This document shows, in pieces, positions 11,958-24,108 of a stretch of 64,000 nt of DNA. The notes under the pieces were generated by a model. It saw only the letters and a list, made by a program, of their open reading frames with translations, did no database searches and had not been told where the DNA came from. The DNA is from Podarcis muralis (lineage: Eukaryota): the NCBI RefSeq assembly GCF_964188315.1, contig NC_135664.1, positions 59,830,001 to 59,894,000 of the forward strand, given 5' to 3'. Position numbers and translations under genes: made by a program. Positions within the stretch are counted from its first letter, which is position 1. Every line of letters starts with the position of its first letter.

Positions 11958-11963
11958 AATAAA
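11958..11963 (+). terminator. candidate polyadenylation signal of BCL2L13
   Basis: AATAAA preceded by TGTATTGTA and followed by a GT/T-rich tract. Confidence 0.45.
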
Positions 11964-12298
11964 AGAATCATCGTCTCAAATTAACAAATGTATACTCATC
12001 ATGTGGCAGTGGTGATTTTCTTCTTCTCCAGTGCTTGTGTTAACACGTTACATTTTGGAGGCAATGTCTTGGCAACATGTGGCCTATTCATTATGACCTG
12101 TGTTGCATTTTTTTGTTGCAAAAAATCTTAAGGCTCAATTGCTTAAAAAACAAAACAACAACAATTTCAATTCATTTTAGGGGTGTGATAGTAAATAGAA
12201 TATGCTCTTTTCCCACAGGAAGCATCCTATAGCCATTCCTAGAATTCATAGACAGACTATGTAGCAAATTGCTACAGGTCTCGGTATATGTGATGCAA

Positions 12299-12609
12299 GT
12301 AAAAGTAAAGGTACCTCTGACCGTTAGGTCCAGTTGTGGACGACTCTGGGGTTGCGGCGCTCATCTCGCTCGGCATTTGTCCGCAGACAGCTTCTGGGTC
12401 ATGTGGCCAGCATGACTAAGCCGCTTCTGGCAAATCAGAGCAGCGCACGGAAACACCGTTTACCTTCCCGCCGGAGTGGTACCTATTTACTTGCACTTTG
12501 ACTTTACTTGCTAGGTAGGCAGGAACTAGGACCGAACAACGGGCGCTCATCCCGTTGTGGGGATTCGAACCGCCGACCTTCTAATTGGCAAGCCCTAGGC
12601 TCTTAATTA
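12299..12609 (-). mobile_element. 5'-truncated Sauria SINE, different subfamily
   Basis: gtaaaggtacc tail, ggattcgaaccgccgacc B-box; possible TSD GATGCAA at 12292 and 12610. Confidence 0.85.
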
Positions 12610-15600
12610 GATGCAATTTAAAGGGAAAGTAAGGAGGTGAAAGACACTCTTAAGAGTCTTTGAGCTTTAGCCTAGTTTCATTTTAATCCATTCACCTTTC
12701 AAAATCTCAAATTTATTATTACTTATTTCATGTTGTTGTAATTGCTATTTACTCCTGAAACTTCACTGGGCAGGCCCTTATTCAGTGTAGTTTTGATTTA
12801 CATTTAATGAGTGATAGTTGCCACTATGACAGTCTGCATTCCTGTTTACCATAAAACTGTCTTCCATCTTATTATAATGGTCACTTGATTGTTTGGGGCA
12901 TCCAGGATCTCTGATGGCGAAAGTAATTGCAGTCAGCCGTAGTTTTAGCACAGTAGCCAAGTTGATGAGGGTTTGGCTCTAATGATTGTGAAGTTGGGAG
13001 GAAGTATATCCTTACACACGTTGTGGTAGAAAGCCTGGGTTTACTATCAGTTGGCTATTTGAGAGGAAGCCACTGCCAGTCTCGCCTCCCTGGTGAGTAT
13101 GCATGTATAATACATAGTTTGTGCACACAAGAGGTTATCTTCCCACATTACATGCACACCTACAAATGTTGTATGTGAAGTGTCCTCTAACCATATGGGA
13201 ATTTTTGCTTTTTGATTCAGCAGGATGGGAACTTTGCCATGGCGGTTGGGAGTTGCTGGTTAGGTAATTTCCAATGCTTTTTTCTAGTGCTGTCTTTGTT
13301 ACCCATTTTCCAGAATAAAGTGCCTCAGTGTATTCCGGTGGGCTTTAACAGTTTTCCTTTTTTATATTTGCCTGCTTTCTATTTTGTAGCCCTATTGTCC
13401 AATAGTGAGTATTCTTGAGCTATAGCTCCAAAAGCCTTTGGGGAAAAACCTCCCATGCTGGAGGAAGGTAAAATAAATCATAGCTGCTATGTCATTAGAT
13501 ATTAGCATTGTTGCAAGAGTTAATATAGCTCAATAGTACCATTTTGGGTTCTCAGTATTTAGAGATGCACTAGTATTAGACCAATTCAACTGATAATAGA
13601 TGGGAATGGTCTATAGCTCTCAATAAATTTGATGGTTTGAAATGGATGTTGTTTCCTCTGCGTGAATATTTGCAAAACTCTTCTTTCTCCACTACTTACC
13701 CTCTTAAATATGAGTTATGCATGCTTTGAAATAAGCCCCTCCCTTATCTGCTAGGGCTATTGCCAATACAAATTCTCATTTTTCTAGCAGGCACTACAAA
13801 TTAATTAGGATAAACCGGTACTGTTTTTCTTTTTTCAATACTAAGGTCATGTGTTTGGCCCGGGGGTGGGCAAGAGAGACGATGGGCAACTGTAGATTGG
13901 TATGCTTCACCTGTTAATTTCGCTAGTTTCAAAATGCTAAAAAGAACGTTAGATGAAAGATTAAAGGGTGTAGAACTGCGAACTGCCACTTTCAACCATT
14001 GACCAGTAATAATCTGTTCTATTTTCTGTAGATTTCTGAAATAAGTGTGTGGCGGGGGGTGGGGATAGTCTTTCCCTGAAGATATTAGGGCTTCAAGATG
14101 AAATAGGACTTGGTAAAGGTGTCTCATACTATAATTTCTCTTATTCTGTGATATATAGTCATACATTTATTTAGTTGGTTCAGATGAATGTCTGTTTTTA
14201 GCAGTGAGATGGATGCTTTGAAGCAGTGTTATTTCACAGCTTTTCTTGAAGCATCACTAGAGAAGGGCTAGTCTGTTTATAAATTAACAACTAACATTCT
14301 ATACTCTGGCAACAGTACTTCTCAGGGTTAATGTTCATATAGCACAGGCAACAGGCTGGAGTCTATATGGTTTTTGGAGCTGCAAACAATAAACTATTTA
14401 GGAGAAATCATGAACATATGTGTTATTGTGTTAGCAGTAACAGGCATATAGGTGGACTTTTAGAAATGTATTGCATGTGAAATTGTGTCACCTAGAGGTA
14501 CCCATTTATATACTGTACTATTTATGAGCAGGGTGGTCTACAATTCTGCATTGGAACACCTAAAATTATTAGACTGTACCATGCAAACCAAGCCACAAAT
14601 GCACATTCAGACAACAGTGTGGCTGCCATCCTCTCTCAGCCACCCCCCCCAAAAAAAATCCAGTGGGCAGGTGGCTGCCATTGAAAACCTCTTTCCTGTC
14701 CAGGCAAGCAACAAGGCAAGCAGCAGCTTACGTCTAATTTGACCACCTCTCTTAGGGGTGATAGGTGTGTTGCTCCCTGTGGCTTGTATTAGAGTTGGCT
14801 GAAATAAGCCCAGCTACTTATTTAAGAACAAAACAAAAGCAGGAAGTAGCTGGGCTTTTATCTCAGTAAATCTAAAATTGATTCCCTAACTCTCTAACCC
14901 ACTCCTGCACTGATTTCTGGTGCTGTAGCAGTCTTGTTTGGCAGCAGCAGGGAAGCTTCAGGGAGACATGTTTGAGATGCTGCATACTAAAACTGCAGTA
15001 GCTACTGGAAAAACTATGTTTTCCAGAAGCTAGTTGCAACAGGGGGGAGGCTATTCCTGCAGCTGCTGCAGTACTTCTATTAATTTGTGGTTAAAGGAAA
15101 GCAGGTTTGTGTGGGTTTAACTTGTAATACTTCATATATCAACCCCCAGAACTCTTTATTTCCACGGCTAGAAAGCTGAGTTTGACTGCATTGTTATTCC
15201 TTAAGTGATGCCCTCTAACTACTGATTATGAGGACTTAAAGCAAATTTTGTCTAGGAACTGTCCTAGCAGTATAAACTGTTACAAACCAATGCAGACTTT
15301 CAGACATTGCTCATTAAGTAGAACCTATTTTACCTCTGATAATGCTTTAAGTTATGTTGGAAGAGATTGAAGCTTGGTTGCACTCTAAAAGATTATGGAT
15401 TTTGATTGTGAGAGCAAAAGAGATGAGATAAACGAAAAGCTATATAACAAACCACAATTTATCCCCTCTATAGAGCTCCAAAACTGTAAAAGCAACTCAT
15501 CAGCATATGGGTTAAAAGCCTATTTCAATCCTGTTCATACAAAAGCATAGAGGATTTGAGTTATGACTAGGTTTTAGAAAAAAAATTGTGTTTGCTTCTA

Positions 15601-16822
15601 GTGAATTCCTAAAACAATTGGTTGATTTTCAATAATAAGCAAATTTGCATTCTGAAATACTGATGTGACATGCAAATCAGTTAAGTGTTCAAGGAACTGT
15701 ATTTTTCTAATTCCTTATGCAAGTACAGCATTTTCAAAATTACTGTCTGAAGCCTTTTGTGCCATTTGATGAATTAAAAAAACTTGCTATTTCCAGTGTT
15801 AAAAAGGAGTTACCAGCTCCCTCATCTACTGTTTATAAATTGAAGGGGTATGTTTATTTTTCCTCTGCTGATGGCGCTTTGTTGTAAGACCCATGCCCCT
15901 AGCCCTCAGTTGCACTTTAATAAAGTCAGTTTTGAAGAAAAGATGTGTGGTTTTTCCTTCTGTTTAGTACAGGTGTGGGAAAGCTGGTGGTCCCGCGGAT
16001 TAAATAGGGCCATGCACAGCTCCCCATCTGGCACACAGGGCTCTTTTCGGGCTCTAACCCCTGCCCCATACATGCCCACTACTGCTTTTGCCAGTCTGGA
16101 AAGTGTCACATGATGCTTTTTGCTTGTCTGGATGGAGGGGTGGTGGTATAAAACCTTTGATTTCTCTGTGGTACGGTAGCTGTATTCGAGCCACAAGAGT
16201 TGCATCTGTTATTCCACCCACTTTTCCTCTAACACCAATATTAACACTCTGGCTGCTGGTAATGGCTTCCCTTTAAATTCTGAAACACAAGAACTGCAGC
16301 TAGAAAGAAACGGGATTAGAAATACAGGATCAATTTTTTAGATCTTAACCTTTCACCTCAATATTTTATCAAAACCACATTCCCGAGCACTCAAGTTTTG
16401 ACAATGAAAGGGTCAGCATAAAATCCCAGCTCTCAAAATATTCTTTCTATGTTGCCATAAAGAGCTGAAGTGAAAGAAATAAAAAAGCAATTTTAGCTCC
16501 ATAGGGTAACCTTTCCTTTCCTTTTCTTAATAAAAAGAGCCATGTTTTACTGTTGGACTTCTTGGAACTCCTCATGTGGAATACACATTTCCAAAATTCC
16601 AAATTAGTCCATAGTTGAACTACATTTTACTTTTTTCCAAGTCAAGTAAATTTGGCTAAAATTGAGAACTATTAAGGCAGTACTCCCACATACACCCTGT
16701 GTACACTTTCTCAACCCTTATTGCTGAATCAAAATTTTATTCAGGATTATAGGGTGTGGTCCAACAGGGTGGGGGGACACACCTTTTCAAATTTAGCTGG
16801 TGGTGTAAGGAGAAGGCAACCA

Positions 16823-16824
<2 letters not shown>

Positions 16825-16856
<32 letters not shown>
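16825..16856. repeat. (AC)16 microsatellite
   Basis: Direct reading. Confidence 0.95.
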
Positions 16857-16858
<2 letters not shown>

Positions 16859-17004
16859 CTGCTTGCAACTATGTCAAGAGATTTATAAAGCGATACTAAC
16901 AGCTGGCAAGTTTACAAATAAAGAGCCCAGGGCTCCCTAATCTATCATGAGCTGGAAATTCCCAAGTGCAAATAAAACACTTGCATGACAGAGCAGAACC
17001 CACC

Positions 17005-17848
17005 AATCAAGCAACCTTAAGAGATTTTTATTGGACACCACAAGGCAGCTTCATTTAAAGCAAGAGTGGGTGACCTGTGGCCACAGCATTCCTACTCATT
17101 TGGGCTGGTTGGGTGGCACGGATGAGTCCAGAAACATGCTACCAGGGCAACAGGTTAACCACCTTTGCTGTAAAATTTGTTGCCTAATGTAAAAAGAAAA
17201 CAGGAAACAATTTTCATTTTTGAAATTTTACAAACAGCAACACAAATACATCAACTACTTGAATTAACAATGATCTGCTAAAAACTGGACAACAACTGGC
17301 TCTTTAGAGCCAGTTTCCAAGACAACTGGAAAGATGAAGCTGCTCCAAGGCTAGGTACCATGGGGCACTAGCAGCATACATAGCCAGCACTCTTCCCCCA
17401 AGCTAAGGTTTTTTTCACATTAGTGCAATTCCTTTCACTGATGCCCAAGAGTGATGTCCTTAGATGGGTTGGAGCACCTGCTATTGCTCATTAAGGCTTT
17501 GTAGTTTTATAAGTGATCCCAAACACTCCAATCCAGTTGGCAAGTAGCAGAACAGAACATCTACCCTTTGCTCCAAGCTTGTCATTTGCAAGGAATGACG
17601 GACTGCTCCCACCATGAACCCCAAGAAAAATAGCCACTTGCCTCCTGAGATGTAGAGCAGGACCAAGTATTTCAAGTAGGAAAAAAATGTCATTCATAAT
17701 TCATACTTTAAAGCAAGGTAAGCAGCACAATGGAACTAATTACTATTGGTAAAAATTGCAAGCAAAGCTTAAAACAGTTCCTTATAACTGTTTCCTGGTT
17801 TTTTTAAAAAAAGATTTCTTAAAGGTAGACATGTTGTGTTCCCTTCAT
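17005..17848 (-). other. BID: BID 3'UTR (end approximate)
   Basis: Runs from the stop at 17849-17851 to the first minus-strand AATAAA (17027-17032), which has a GU-rich downstream element. Confidence 0.55.
17027..17032 (-). terminator. candidate polyadenylation signal of BID
   Basis: Plus-strand TTTATT = AATAAA on the minus strand; downstream on minus is gcttgattggtgggttctgctctgt (GU-rich). Confidence 0.55.
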
Positions 17849-17854
17849 TCACCT
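17849..17854 (-). CDS. BID: BID terminal exon coding part (AGG TGA = R*)
   Basis: Strong acceptor ctccctcttttctttctcttctag| at 17856-17855 followed by AGG TGA. Vertebrate BID has a tiny last coding exon in phase 0. Confidence 0.7.
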   Translation of the reverse strand, partial: R

Positions 17855-17985
17855 CTAGAAGAGAAAGAAAAGAGGGAGTTATGTTCAGTCCACTACAGTT
17901 ATATTCAATGGTCCACATATTTAGGTATTTCCCAAACAAGTGAATGCCAAAAGGCTTTTTCTTTCATACACGCCCTGCATGTATG

Positions 17986-18064
17986 AATAATAATAATAAT
18001 AATAATAAATAATAATATAATTTATTCTTTATACCCCGCCCATCTAGCTGGGTTTCCCCAGCCC
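17986..18064 (-). mobile_element. L2 LINE extreme 3' end with (ATT)n tail, in BID last intron
   Basis: (aat)n-tttatt...taccccgcccatctagctgggtttccccagcc, same as the 24822-24915 end. Confidence 0.75.
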
Positions 18065-18724
18065 ATCCTTTAGGGTCCAACTGAAGGCAGGTTCACAAGT
18101 CAGAATACATATTGCCAACATGGCATCTCTGAACACACATGTGCCTGCAGCAGCCTTCCCTGACTCCTCCCTGCTGCAACTGAAATCTTGCAGTTGATGA
18201 AACAAGCTTCAGAGGTCTCTCTGTGTGTTGCTAACAATGTTTTCTCTGGTTTGCAAGCCCCCAAAATTTGGTGATCTTGGAAAGGCTAACACACCAAACA
18301 GAGTCAAAAATGCTCAATTTCCTCATCCTAACAGAGGAAACGTATGGAACTTCAGGCCCTCGGGATTTCCCTCAGTCCATTTCCCCTGTGGGCACCCTCA
18401 AGTCCTTCTGTCTGGCTGGAATGTGTCACTTGAACTGCAGTGACTGCCTCTTGCATGTGAGGATGCAAGATGGGGAGACTGTATATAAGTCATGCCCCAT
18501 TGTTTTGTCTCTGGCCACAAGCAGCACCACTTGTACATGGGCCCCAGTTGTGCATCCTATTCACACATGATGTAAAATCAGGGACCCAGCAAACTCCTTT
18601 CCTACAACATTTCACACGGCCTGAATAACCACTCCTTTTCCCCCTAGCTTCCAATGTAGGGCTGAATTATTCACTGGGCGTGGAGATAATTAAATAGCAA
18701 CACCTGGATTTTATTTTATATCAC

Positions 18725-18937
18725 CTCAGGTTCCAAGTTGTTCACATAATCACGGAGGTTCTCGTTGATGTAGTTCACGGTTGTGCTGAACACTTGTTGT
18801 AGAAGAGATGGCATAGTGTTTGCTACTTTTTTGGCTAAAACCATAGCTACCACTAGCATGGCTCTCTCTTGCTCCATTTCCAAAGGCATCCTTCGCACAA
18901 CTTCCTTCACTGCTTGAGACAGGTGATTGGTTATTGC
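18725..18937 (-). CDS. BID: BID coding exon (helices 5-8), 213 nt
   Basis: ttttttttag| acceptor, GTGATA donor. AITNHLSQAVKEVVRRMPLEMEQERAMLVVAMVLAKKVANTMPSLLQQVFSTTVNYINENLRDYVNNLEPE; same length as the recalled orthologous exon. Confidence 0.96.
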
Positions 18938-19854
18938 CTAAAAAAAAGAGAGGGGGGAAATGTACCTCTTTGAAATGCTGCCCTTCTGTTCCTCTCTACT
19001 CCAATCCCTCACAAATAAAACCTATTTTCTCTTCCCCCTTGTCCCCACACACCGCAAGGCATTTGGCAGATCTTTGTTTTGCTCTTTTGCTGTTTATATT
19101 ACAATAGTTCCAAACATCAAAGATCAGTGTAACAATCATTAACATCCACCAACGATAGATTAATTTTTTTTAAAAAATTCTAAATTATACATGGGTTCAG
19201 TTACGTATGAATTTCAAAATTCAGCAATCCAATAATATATCAATAGCAAAGTAACTCCTCAAAGACGACAAAATACTTTTAGATTATAATTTGCAGGTGT
19301 CAACTGTTTATAGGCCTTCACCACTGAAGCTTGAGTGGCATTAAGTTGCATTCTACTTTTTTATAATCATGCATTGGCCACCCACTTTAAAATAATGGCT
19401 GCCTTCTCCATTTATAGCCATGTTTCTGGTGAGTAACCTAATGCAATTTATTGTGGGGGAGATAAAAATGGAAATACACCTTCTAACATAAATGAAAGCA
19501 ACCAACCCCGCCCCCGGCCAAATGAACCACAACATGGGTCAATTTTGCTTTGCTCATTCCACACCTCCAACGTATGTTGTTAGTAGACACTCCTTTGCTT
19601 AACAGACTAGTAATTCCTTTTAAAACAATTCTCACCAATAGATGAAAAAAAACCAGCTGTACCTCTTCCATGTTTTAAATTTTCTTTAAAACATGCTCCC
19701 ACCACAACAGAAGTACTATTACAGATTACAGTCATAGAATCAAGATTCTCCTCCAGTGAAAAATGATGTTCTGTTTGCAAGGTTGTGCCTGCTTCATCAC
19801 ACATATGGGGAGGCTGCTTTTATGAGAACACCCTCCACAAAAATAATGGAAGTC

Positions 19855-20004
19855 TGGTGACATAGCTCAGCTGGCAGAGCATGAGACTCTTAATCTCAGG
19901 GATGCAGGTTCAAGCACCAAGTTGGATAAAAAGATTCCTGCTTTGCAGAGGGTTGGGCTAGATATCCTCATGGTCCCTTCCAACTCTATAATTCTATGAT
20001 TCTA
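19855..20004 (+). mobile_element. tRNA-Lys-derived SINE with CR1-like tail
   Basis: atagctcagctggcagagcatgagactcttaatctcaggg head; ggtcccttccaactctataattctatgattcta tail. Confidence 0.8.
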
Positions 20005-20455
20005 CCTTCCAGGGGGAGGGACTTTTAAAAAATCACCCCAAGGGAAGCAGTGGGAGCAAGCCTTGGACTCGCCTGCTTCGTGGAACACTGTTGTGCCCCA
20101 AGGCCAGTTTTGCAGCTAAACTGAATGCCTTGTTGTCCTCTGTCCAAGAAGAAGACATATCCCTGCATTCCTGAAGTAGAAATTACTGCCTTTTAGCTCA
20201 CGAGATTGTAGGAGAATCCACAGCAAAACATGCCTGAACTCTCTCTCCCAACTCCAATTTTATGTTCCTCAGTCCCAACAGTAAAGCTGAAGTAATTATT
20301 ATACATCCCATTCACCAAGTCACCTCTGCAAGAGAAGCATGGACTTTGCAAGGGTTCCCAGAAAAACCACACAGCAGTTATTTGGATCCAGGATTTCACT
20401 TATCATGGTAGATGAAACTCTGAAGTAAGCCTTAGATTTCATTCCTCTCAATCAC

Positions 20456-20604
20456 CTCTTTGGACATGTTCTTCGCCATAAACTGCCGCACAAGATTCTG
20501 TATGAGCGATGGGTCAATCTCGGCAGCCAGCTGATCTCCGATTTCAGCCAGCTGAGCTCCAATAATCCGGAAAATTTCCTCTTCATCTGAATTTGGATAT
20601 ATGA
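20456..20604 (-). CDS. BID: BID BH3 exon, 149 nt, phase 1/0
   Basis: tcttttttcag| acceptor, GTGATT donor. (I)IYPNSDEEEIFRIIGAQLAEIGDQLAAEIDPSLIQNLVRQFMAKNMSKE, containing the BH3 core LAEIGD. Confidence 0.96.
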
Positions 20605-20820
20605 CTGAAAAAAGATTAAACAGAATGGAATTCTCTGCTCACTCTTCCTCTCTGAACTTCCAGGGCCTACTGAAGGCTTTTTTATTCCAGCAGGCATTTT
20701 AACTGATGTTTCGTTTTTTAGTGAAAACTGGTTGTTATTCTTTGTATTGCACCTTTGAAAAAAAAAATCACTGAAAGACTATTGTAGCTAAGTGGTATAT
20801 AAATTGTTCAAATAAATAAG

Positions 20821-20992
20821 GGGCATATCCACACCACATAGGTAAAGCACTACCCAGCACTCATTTAAAGCAGGACTTCCCCGAAAGAATCCTGAGAACC
20901 GTAGTTTCCCACTCACAGGGCCCTTTACAAACTACAGTTCCCTAGATTCTTTGGGGGAAGTCATGTCTTTTAAAAATGCACTGGATGTGCCC
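20821..20992. mobile_element. palindromic MITE with 3-bp flanking duplication (PIF/Harbinger-like)
   Basis: gggcatatcc...ggatgtgccc termini, internal inverted arms, AAG on both sides. Confidence 0.5.
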
Positions 20993-21059
20993 AAGGTTGA
21001 AGTTAGGTTCCAAACAGACAGCTGAGGAGGACAGCACAGAGGATTTGCTACAAGTGTCC

Positions 21060-21245
21060 ACCATAGCATGGTGGTTACAGCACTGAATTTATGGCCAGGG
21101 TTCAAATCCCTGCCACAGAGCTTGCTAGGAAACCTTAGGGCAGCCACTGCCTCTCAGCCTAATCTACATCACAGGGCTACTGAGAGAATTGTGTGTGCAA
21201 GGGGTATACTGCTCTGAGCTGCTTGCAGAAAAGAAAGAATAATGT
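21060..21245 (+). mobile_element. old CORE/MIR-like SINE
   Basis: tggttacagc...gggttcaaatcc...ctctcagcctaatctacatcacaggg core. Confidence 0.6.
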
Positions 21246-21422
21246 ATGTTTTTGCATGTGTGCTTTTAAATGGCCATAACTGTCAGCAGAGCTATTTTTA
21301 ATAGTTTTATTTATTTAACTGTTCTTAAAATATTTATATTTATTGCATATTTGTAGTTTTGTCTGTTTAAATTCATGCTGTCAGCAGCCTTGGGTCCTGC
21401 ACTGAGGGAAAAGCCAGGGTAT

Positions 21423-21458
21423 CAAACAAACAAACAAACAAACAAACAAACAAACAAA
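21423..21458. repeat. (CAAA)9 microsatellite just downstream of the BID exon 3 donor
   Basis: Direct reading. Confidence 0.95.
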
Positions 21459-21491
21459 TTTTATCTTGTTTGCTCAAGATAAAATACCTAC

Positions 21492-21678
21492 TGTCCTCAG
21501 GTTGCCCAAATCTGTTGCCATCTGTCTGAAGCTCGTCATCATCGTCCTGCTCTGAAACCAACTGGTTTTTCAAAGCACAAAGCTCTGAAGCAAAAGCGCA
21601 GTCGGAAGACTTCTCCAGGAAGGAGTAGAGAAGAATCTTGGTTAGCTGTGCCTCCTGAAAGGGGCTATTATAATCACC
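21492..21678 (-). CDS. BID: BID exon with caspase-8 cleavage loop, 187 nt, phase 0/1
   Basis: ctctctcccccgcattatag| acceptor, GTAGGT donor. GDYNSPFQEAQLTKILLYSFLEKSSDCAFASELCALKNQLVSEQDDDDELQTDGNRFGQPED; LQTD|G is conserved. Confidence 0.96.
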
Positions 21679-22149
21679 CTATAATGCGGGGGAGAGAGAA
21701 ACAGAACAGGTATTATTTATGATAGACAAGCATGCAGCCAACTTCATTTAATGCTTATTTAAAAATATTTATAATAGCAGTTCTAGTGCATGAAATCCTT
21801 TATCATCTTGATCCAGGGGTTATGCATATCAATAATCTTACCCCGTGAAACCGGAGAATATCAGTTTATATTTAAATACAAAAAAGGGGAAGTTAGCAGC
21901 TCTTAAGATACTAAAAATACCAGGCACTGTCAAACTCTCCAGAGTGAGAGCCAAGTATGGTTTCTTGTGTCCCTGGGGCAGTTATTTTGTAACTCTGTTG
22001 TAGTGCGTTTCTTTTTCAACTCTGCCCTTCGAATCACCATCACACCATTGCTAATAAGGCGATCTTGGCATCTTTTAATTCACACTTGATGTCTGAAAAA
22101 TGAGATGAAGGACCAGCCTGACTGAGCCTTGTGCCAGCATTAGCTTACG

Positions 22150-22282
22150 TGGACTACAGTCCATTTCATCAGGCGATGTCTGTGGAAGTTTATGCTATAA
22201 TAAACCTGCCTGTCTTTTAAGGTGCCACAAGTCTCTTTGCTGTTTTTTGTCACAACAGACTAACACAGCTACTCTTCTGGAA
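22150..22282. mobile_element. Penelope-like (Neptune) terminal fragment
   Basis: aataaa...cttttaaggtgccacaag...acagactaacacagctac motif typical of reptile Penelope-like termini. Confidence 0.55.
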
Positions 22283-22684
22283 ATGGTCCCTCTTAGTTGT
22301 GCATGCACAGTCAAAGCCAGCTACTGGGACTGAATTCTCAAGTGATTCTGAGCTACAGCTACCTTAAAAGGGCAGTGCTTTCCACAAGAAAACACTTATC
22401 TAAACATATGGGATCTGTGCTTGTGCACTGCAGCAATTTGTAAACTTTGAGAACTTGGAAGAGACGGGGACCTCCACTCCTAAGCAGGGATTCCCTATGT
22501 CTGTACAGAGCTCAGGAGTAACTGAGAGCCACAGCTTGCTCCTAACTTTGTTCTGCTGAACACTTTTAGGGGGAAAGGGGGTAGGGGCTTCTAGACAAGG
22601 TGACTCAAAAATAACTTTACTTGGACAAACTCCTCAACATTTCTTCAGACGATACAATTATTTGAAAATAATTTTTGATCCAAC

Positions 22685-22693
22685 CTGGTCCAT
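22685..22693 (-). CDS. BID: BID start codon exon, coding part MDQ (whole exon 22685-22747)
   Basis: ttcttcttttgcag| acceptor at 22749-22748; strong Kozak acgATGg; weak donor GTTGGA. Phase 0 fits the next exon. Confidence 0.85.
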
Positions 22694-23204
22694 CGTTGAT
22701 GCTGAGGCCAGGTTACTCGTAATCTTCGGAAATCACAGGGCTTCTACCTGCAAAAGAAGAATTGCATGTGATTTCTTTTCATCTCTTGGTTAATTCTCTC
22801 TCTGCAGCTCAAACTGTCCAGTATATGCCCAGCAATTACCATCTGAAGATCATAGAGGCCTCCTTGACAGCTATTTCACACCAGAATTTTATATCTTTCC
22901 ACAGACTGGGGGAAAGGGCAGAACTTCTCAATATATTTTATTTGCATATACTGCTGCTGGTGTTTTCGCTGATGACGAATGGGTTTTATTAATATGTGTT
23001 TATTTGACACTTCACTGTGTGAGGGGATGGTCCCTGCTGCATTGAAACAGGCAGTGATGCAACAGCTCCTGAAGAAACCAGCTCTGGACTGGAACAACTA
23101 CTGACCAGTTGCAAATACTCCTTCTTTTGGGGGAAGGTAGTGAAGAGGTCTGTGGTGGGGCAGATGCAAGCATTCTCTGAGGACCTTTGCAGACAGGGGA
23201 AGTG

Positions 23205-23545
23205 CAACCTTGCTCCAGCTTCTTGATCTCTCGTCAGCAACCTCCTCGACCGGCTCCAGGGATTGGAAATTAGGGGCTTCAATCGTACTTCAGGACCGAG
23301 TCCAGAGAGTAGCATCAGAAGAGTGCCTTTTGGCCTCCTGGCAGCTACGCCACAGGGGACTCTCTTACCTCCAGTGCTATTTAATATCTACACGAAGCCA
23401 TTGGGAGTGTTCATTATAAGTTTCAGGGCAAGGTGCCATCAGTGTGCTGATCACACTCAACCATATTTCTCCATAACATCTGAATCAGGAAAGGCTGTGC
23501 AGTCCCTGGGACACTGCCTGGATGCAGTGGTGAAAATGATGTGGA
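23205..23545 (+). mobile_element. L2 LINE reverse-transcriptase fragment
   Basis: LLDLSSA...LQDRVQRV, then PQGTLLPPVLFNIYTKPLG...CHQCADHTQPYFS (decayed QG and YADDTQLY motifs). Confidence 0.85.
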
Positions 23546-23972
23546 AAATCATTCTCAAAAAAGGAAATGGCCCAGGACTCAGTTGTAAAAAGTTAAGGGC
23601 TTTCAGGTAGCAGAGCCCAAGTCTTGGGGGGCAGACAGAGGAACCAATACCGGGATAGATGGACCAATCGTAAGCAAATGCTGGGAATGATTTACTCTGC
23701 CCTACCCCTGCTATCAGGAACCCCAAAGCTTTTCATCTCCAAACTACAACACCTTGGGCTGGCTTAATTAATATATCTGCACGCTCCCTTTCATGCATAA
23801 TTTCCAGATGCTCAATGCAGCCAGACAACAAAGTCACTGATGTTACATGGGATGGAAATGTTTTCAATGATTTATTTCTTTAATGGAAAATACCTTGAAT
23901 TATTATTATCGATAAAATTATTTTTTCAGGTTGATTACTGCTAGGGGATGTATGCCAACGTAACAAATAAAC

Positions 23973-24108
23973 CAGGCATAGGCAAACTTGGCCCTCCGGA
24001 TGTTTTGGGATTACAATTCCCATCACCCCTGGCCACAGGTCCTGTTAGCTAGGGATCATGGGAGTTGTAGTCCCAAAACATCTGGAGGGCCGAGTTTGCC
24101 TATGCCTG
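23973..24108. mobile_element. hAT MITE with perfect 8-bp TSD
   Basis: TIR CAGGCATAGGCAAACT; TSD AAATAAAC at 23965-72 and 24109-16; near-perfect hairpin. Confidence 0.93.

Larger units (their letters stand above)
10119..11985 (+). other. BCL2L13: BCL2L13 3'UTR (proximal estimate; end approximate)
   Basis: Follows the stop codon. AATAAA at 11083, 11620 and 11958; the last has upstream TGTA elements. The true end cannot be fixed without RNA data. Confidence 0.5.

Noticed and set aside
13801-14166. 121-aa minus-strand ATG ORF between BCL2L13 and BID
   Set aside because: No recognisable domain, promoter or splice support; within chance expectation.
19855-19930. tRNA-Lys(CTT)-like sequence as a real tRNA gene
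   Set aside because: Degenerate stems and a contiguous CR1-like tail show it is a SINE.
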